Part shown: piece by piece, positions 59,863 to 64,000 of the stretch | How positions within the stretch are numbered: the stretch's first letter is position 1 | Layout of the letters: the number at the start of each line of letters is the position of its first letter | From: an uncultured Gemmatimonadales bacterium | Lineage (GTDB): Bacteria; Gemmatimonadota; Gemmatimonadetes; Gemmatimonadales; GWC2-71-9 | DNA: 64,000 bases | Direction of reading: 5' to 3' | Assembly (NCBI GenBank): GCA_963773095.1 | Contig: CAVYZY010000013.1 | Location: 18,271-82,270, forward strand | The notes under the pieces: generated by a model | The model's input: only the letters and a program-made list of their open reading frames with translations | Databases searched by the model: none | What the model was told of the DNA's origin: nothing | Position numbers and translations under genes: made by a program

Positions 59863-62091
59863 TCATGCCAGGTTCATCCTCTTCAGCAGTGCCGTGAACC
59901 TCGGATGCCCCCGCAGCGGCGCGAAGAGAAACGAACCCTTGATCCCGTACAAGCCGCCCGCCCGCTCGTCGAACGCCCGTTCCAGAAGGTCGATCGCCGC
60001 GTCCGGCTCAGCCAACCCAGTGTAAACGTACGCCACGTGCAGCGGCGACACGTACCGTCGCCGGGACAGTTCCTCGAGCTCCCGCAGGACCGCCCGAGCC
60101 TCCTCCACTTTCCCATCGAGGGCCAGGGCCTGTCCCAGCTGTGCCTTGAAGAGGGTTTCCTCCGGGGAGTTCGCGATTGCCTGCCGCAACGCTGCCAGGC
60201 CGCGCTCGTTCATGCCCAGCTTCAGGCAGGCCCACCCGAGCGTGGCCTGCAGCCGTGCGAACTGGGAGTCGAATTCGATGCCGCGCTCGGCGGCCCTCAG
60301 CGCGTCCTCGTAGCGCCCCCACCTGAGGAACGTGGTGGCAATGTCCGACCGCTGGGCCAGCGGGTCGAGTTCGCTGGCACGCTGCTGCAGTGCGAGTGCC
60401 TCCTCGTAACGCTCGAGCGCCATGCAGAGCTGGGCGTAGAGGTCGTAGGTATCGGCGCTGCCGGGATCAAGTTCGAGCGCCTGCTGGAACTCCTGCTCCG
60501 CGCCGACCCAGTCGAAGTCACACATGAACTTCAGGAACGCGAGCATGCTGTGCGCTTCTGCCAGGCCGTTGTCGAGCTCGAGCGCCCTTGCCACGGCAAC
60601 TCGCGCCTTCTGATAGGCCACGTCCGGCGTCAATGCACCGGCGCCCACTCGTCCGAGTTCGCCGTAGCCCCGGGCAACGCCGGCATGCGCCAGCGCATAG
60701 TCCGGGTCTCGTTCAAGCGCCTGCTCGAAGTACCTGATGGCCTGGCTGATGTCCCTCTCGTTGTCCCTCAGCAGGCAATGCCGTCCCTTCAGATACAGCT
60801 GATAGGCGGCGAGGTCGGTCGTAGGCGCGCGGCGGATGCGCGTCTGCTCCCCGGACTCGAGCTCGGCCTTGAGCGCCCCGGAGATCTGCAGCGCCACGTC
60901 GGTCTGGATCGCGAAGATGTCGGTGAGCTGACGGTCGTACGTCTCGGCCCAGAGATGCTGGTCCGTCGCGACGTCGATGAGCTGCGCGACGATGCGCACC
61001 CGGTCGCCGGCGCGCCGGACACTTCCCTCGAGAATGGTCGTGACGTCCAGCCGGGCGCCGATCTCGCGCAGGCTCTGCTCCCGGTTCTTGAACTGCATGA
61101 CTGATGTATGGGAAATGACCTTGAGCGCCCGGATCTTCGAGAGGTGAGCGATCACGTCTTCGGTGATCCCGTCGGTGAAGTATTCGTTCTCCGGGTCGGG
61201 GCTCAGGTTGCGGAACGGCAGTACCGCCACCGACGGGGCCGCCCCCTTCGTCGTCACGGGCGCTGCGAGCGCCTCCGCGAACGCGGCCGCCGACGCAAAG
61301 CGCGCTTCCGGTGCCTTGGCCAGGGCTTTCACCAACGCCTGCTCCAGCGTGGGCGGCACCCCGCCGCGGAGCCGGCCCACCCGGGGAACCGGATCGATCA
61401 CGTGGCGCGCGATGATGGCGGCGGCGGTGGGCCCCGTAAATGGTGGCGCGCCAGCGAGCATCTCATGCAGTACGCACGCGAGGCTGTACACATCGCTCCG
61501 CTCATCCAGGTTGCGCTCGCCCGTGGCCTGCTCGGGGCTCATGTACTCGGGCGTCCCCACCACGAGGCCCGTTTCGGTGAGGCGATCGGACGCCGAGCCG
61601 CTCACGGCTAGGGCAATGCCGAAGTCGGCGACCATCGCCTCACCCTCGTAGAGAAGAATATTCTCCGGCTTGATGTCCCGGTGAATCACGTGCCGGGCAT
61701 GCGCATGCGCCAGGGCCGAGGCGACCTGTCGCGTGATGCGAATGGCCTCGTCGATCGGGAGTTGGGTCTCGCGGCGGAGCCGGTGCCGGAGCGATTCGCC
61801 CTGGACGAACGGCATGACGTAGAAGAGAAAGCCGGCGGCATCACCGGAATCGTACAGGGCGAGGATATGCGGGTGGTTGAGTCGAGCCGCGATCGCGACT
61901 TCCCGGGCAAACCGGTCCGGGCCGAGCAGGGAGGCGAGCTCCGGCCGGAGCACCTTGAGCGCCACCTTGCGATGGTGCTTCAGGTCATCGGCGAGGTACA
62001 CCGTGGCCGCGCCTCCCCGTCCGAGCTCGCGCTCGAGGGCATAACGACCGGTGAGGGCAGACTGGAGGCGTTGGAGCTGATCGGACTGCAT
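59863..62091 (-). CDS. Ser/Thr protein kinase with a central TolB-N-like domain and C-terminal TPR repeats
   Basis: Kinase subdomains GRGGAATVY, VALKVL, HRDIKPENILL, VADFGIA, GTPEYMSPEQ. Then SVAVLPFRNLSPDPENEYFTDGITEDVI. Then multiple TPRs. Confidence 0.9.
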   Translation of the reverse strand: MQSDQLQRLQSALTGRYALERELGRGGAATVYLADDLKHHRKVALKVLRPELASLLGPDRFAREVAIAARLNHPHILALYDSGDAAGFLFYVMPFVQGESLRHRLRRETQLPIDEAIRITRQVASALAHAHARHVIHRDIKPENILLYEGEAMVADFGIALAVSGSASDRLTETGLVVGTPEYMSPEQATGERNLDERSDVYSLACVLHEMLAGAPPFTGPTAAAIIARHVIDPVPRVGRLRGGVPPTLEQALVKALAKAPEARFASAAAFAEALAAPVTTKGAAPSVAVLPFRNLSPDPENEYFTDGITEDVIAHLSKIRALKVISHTSVMQFKNREQSLREIGARLDVTTILEGSVRRAGDRVRIVAQLIDVATDQHLWAETYDRQLTDIFAIQTDVALQISGALKAELESGEQTRIRRAPTTDLAAYQLYLKGRHCLLRDNERDISQAIRYFEQALERDPDYALAHAGVARGYGELGRVGAGALTPDVAYQKARVAVARALELDNGLAEAHSMLAFLKFMCDFDWVGAEQEFQQALELDPGSADTYDLYAQLCMALERYEEALALQQRASELDPLAQRSDIATTFLRWGRYEDALRAAERGIEFDSQFARLQATLGWACLKLGMNERGLAALRQAIANSPEETLFKAQLGQALALDGKVEEARAVLRELEELSRRRYVSPLHVAYVYTGLAEPDAAIDLLERAFDERAGGLYGIKGSFLFAPLRGHPRFTALLKRMNLA

Positions 62092-62118
62092 TGCGAGGCC
62101 TTCTCCCCGTTACCCGCT

Positions 62119-64000
62119 TTACCCGACTGTGGTCACCGGCCCCTTGTCGCCATCCGGCTTGGTCAACTGGTCGCCCACCGGCAGGCTCCTGATCCTCCGT
62201 CCCGTGGCAGCGAAGATGGCGTTCCCCAAGGCCGGGGCCACCGGCGGGACGCCGGGCTCACCAATCCCGCCTGGCTTCGCGTCCGATTGCACGAGGTGGA
62301 CCCGGATCTCCTGCGGCGCCACATTCATCCGGGCCACCTTGTACTGGTCGAAGTTCGACTGGACCGGCCGGCCCGCGCGGAAGGTGACCTCGCCGTAGAG
62401 CGCGTTGCTGATGCCCATGATCGTGGCACCCTCGAACTGCGCCTTCACCCGGTCGGGGTTGGCGATGAACCCGCCGTCAGCGGCCACATCCACTCTCGGA
62501 ATCGACAGGCTGCCATCGGCATTCGCCTGTACCTCGATCACCATCGCCACGTAGCTCAGGAAACTGCGATGCACGGCGAGCCCGCGGCCGCGGCCGGCCG
62601 GCAGCAGCTGGCCCCAGCCGGCCTGGCTGGTGGCGAGTTCCACCACGCCGCGAAGGCGGGCGGTGTCGATCGGGTGGCTCTCGAAGGTGGCGTCGTAGTT
62701 CCACGGCTTTCCGGTGAGCCCCACGCTGCTCATGTTCACGATGCGGTCGGGGCCCAGCATCTCCAGCAGGAACTCCTTCGGGTCCTTCTCCGCGGCGTGG
62801 GCCAGTTCGTCGATGAACGAACCGATGGCGAAGGCATGCGGGATGTTGACGACCGACCGGTACCAGCCGATGCGCGCCTGCGCGGGCGCGGGGCCCATCT
62901 CTTCCTGCAGGTTCGGCACCGCGTACGGGAAGTCGGTCATCCCCTGTCCCACTTCCCACTCGGCCTGGTACAGCACGTTCGGTGCGAACAGCGCACCGAT
63001 CGACGGCAGCGCCGACCGCTGCAGCCACGCGGTGACCTTGCCGTTGCTGTCGACCGCGCCTTCCAGGTGCTCCGCCGCCACGGTGTGGAAGAAGTCGCTC
63101 TGGATGTCGTCTTCCCGCGTCCAGATCACCTTGACCGGTGCGCCCATCTCTCTCGCCAGCAGGGCTGCTTCCACCGCATAGTCCGGCTTCGACTTCCGGC
63201 CGAACCCGCCACCCAGCAGCGTCACGTACGACGTAACATTCTCCATGGGGATCCCGAGCGCCTGCGCCACCGTCTCGCGTGTCGCAACGGGATTCTGGGT
63301 GCAGGACCAGGTGTCGCAGCGTCCGTTCTCGAAAACGGCTAGGGCGGCTGGCGGCTCCATCGGTGCATGAGCGAGGTGGGGCAGGTAGTAGTCGGCCGAG
63401 ATGCGCGTGGGCGACGATGCCAGTGCGCGGGCTGCGTTGCCCTGCGAGCGCACGACCTTGCCCGGCTTGCGCACTGCCTTCTCCAGCTGCGTGCGATAGC
63501 GCTCCGAGTCGTAGTTTGCGTTGGGGCCGTCGGCCCAGGTGATCTTGAGCTTGCGGCGGCCCTGTATCGCCGCCCAGGTGTTCTGCGCCACCACCGCAAC
63601 GCCGCCGAGCGCCTGGAAGCCGGTGGGCGGGTTGGCCTCGGGCAGGCGGACGATCCGCTCCACACCGGGCACCTTCTCGGCCTCGCTCGAATCGACGGTC
63701 GCGACCTTGCCGCCGTACACCGGGGGGCGCGCCACCACGGCCACCTTCATGCCGTCGCGCCGCAGGTCCTGCCCGAACATCGCCTGTCCGGTGGTCATTG
63801 CCCGGAGGTCAACGCCCGGGACATCCTTGCCGATGTAGCGGAACTGCGAGGGCTTCTTGAGGATAAGGCTGGCCGCCGCCGGAATCGGTAGGGCGGAGGC
63901 GGTCGCAACCAACTTGCCAAACGCAAGCGCGCGCTTGCTCGACGCGTGGACGACGCGACCGTTCTGCGCCTCCACCTCGGCGACCGGCACGTTCCACTGC
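62119..64000 (-). CDS. Molybdopterin-binding subunit of a xanthine dehydrogenase-family oxidoreductase (IorB/aldehyde oxidase beta-like); the N-terminus lies beyond the window end
   Basis: TLLGGGFGRKSKPDY, VIWTREDD, IPRVDVAADGGFIANP and GIGEPGVPPVAPALGNAIF. The frame stays open to position 64000 (..QWNVPVAEVEAQNG), so the M in the track is an internal GTG. Confidence 0.85.
   Translation of the reverse strand, partial: QWNVPVAEVEAQNGRVVHASSKRALAFGKLVATASALPIPAAASLILKKPSQFRYIGKDVPGVDLRAMTTGQAMFGQDLRRDGMKVAVVARPPVYGGKVATVDSSEAEKVPGVERIVRLPEANPPTGFQALGGVAVVAQNTWAAIQGRRKLKITWADGPNANYDSERYRTQLEKAVRKPGKVVRSQGNAARALASSPTRISADYYLPHLAHAPMEPPAALAVFENGRCDTWSCTQNPVATRETVAQALGIPMENVTSYVTLLGGGFGRKSKPDYAVEAALLAREMGAPVKVIWTREDDIQSDFFHTVAAEHLEGAVDSNGKVTAWLQRSALPSIGALFAPNVLYQAEWEVGQGMTDFPYAVPNLQEEMGPAPAQARIGWYRSVVNIPHAFAIGSFIDELAHAAEKDPKEFLLEMLGPDRIVNMSSVGLTGKPWNYDATFESHPIDTARLRGVVELATSQAGWGQLLPAGRGRGLAVHRSFLSYVAMVIEVQANADGSLSIPRVDVAADGGFIANPDRVKAQFEGATIMGISNALYGEVTFRAGRPVQSNFDQYKVARMNVAPQEIRVHLVQSDAKPGGIGEPGVPPVAPALGNAIFAATGRRIRSLPVGDQLTKPDGDKGPVTTVG

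Noticed and set aside
59707-63342. 465-aa and 553-aa plus-strand ORFs antisense to the kinase and IorB-like genes
   Set aside because: Shadow-frame composition opposite genes with clear catalytic motifs.

Overview
GC-rich bacterial chromosomal window; third codon positions are almost all G/C. The gene content (TPR-type Ser/Thr kinase, CarboxypepD_reg-type TonB receptor, Bat/MoxR operon, porin inside the kdp operon) suggests a Gemmatimonadota- or Acidobacteriota-like soil bacterium, but that is inference only. I support about 52 protein-coding genes and one tRNA-Arg(CCG). I found no rRNA, CRISPR array, transposase, integrase or phage genes. Gene order: a Wzz-like EPS gene (partial) divergent from a sigma-54 activator/histidine kinase pair plus wecB; a NYN/LOTUS RNA-binding protein; mpg; an OM protein; tdh-kbl; a GT-C-like membrane protein; an FdhF/YjgC-type formate dehydrogenase; rlmI-like, aroH, thiE; a hydrolase; mltG-ruvX-rho; a VanZ-like protein; a TonB receptor plus ModA/WtpA-like binding protein; csp; a block of uncharacterised secreted proteins (29.6-36.7 kb); a Tat-signal aminotransferase; mltF-like; tRNA; a CHAD protein; a phosphodiesterase plus membrane protein; an SDR; kdpFABC-porin-kdpDE; a MoxR/DUF58/BatA/BatB operon; an HExxH protein; a Ser/Thr kinase; and an IorB-like molybdoenzyme (partial). 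Most of this is housekeeping and I see no recognisable defence or mobile system. Four things deserve a second look. (1) A dispersed family of heptanucleotide- and 21-nt-periodic repeats fills many gene junctions and supplies stop and start codons. (2) About ten reading-frame breaks are confined to two stretches of roughly 3.5 kb, while the rest of the window's coding sequence (most of it) is intact. (3) An uncharacterised secreted module contains tandem paralogues, a Met/His-rich protein and a large repetitive protein. (4) A NYN-LOTUS-RGG protein carries an H1-like tail. All calls come from reading the ORF translations and the sequence. No database search was run.
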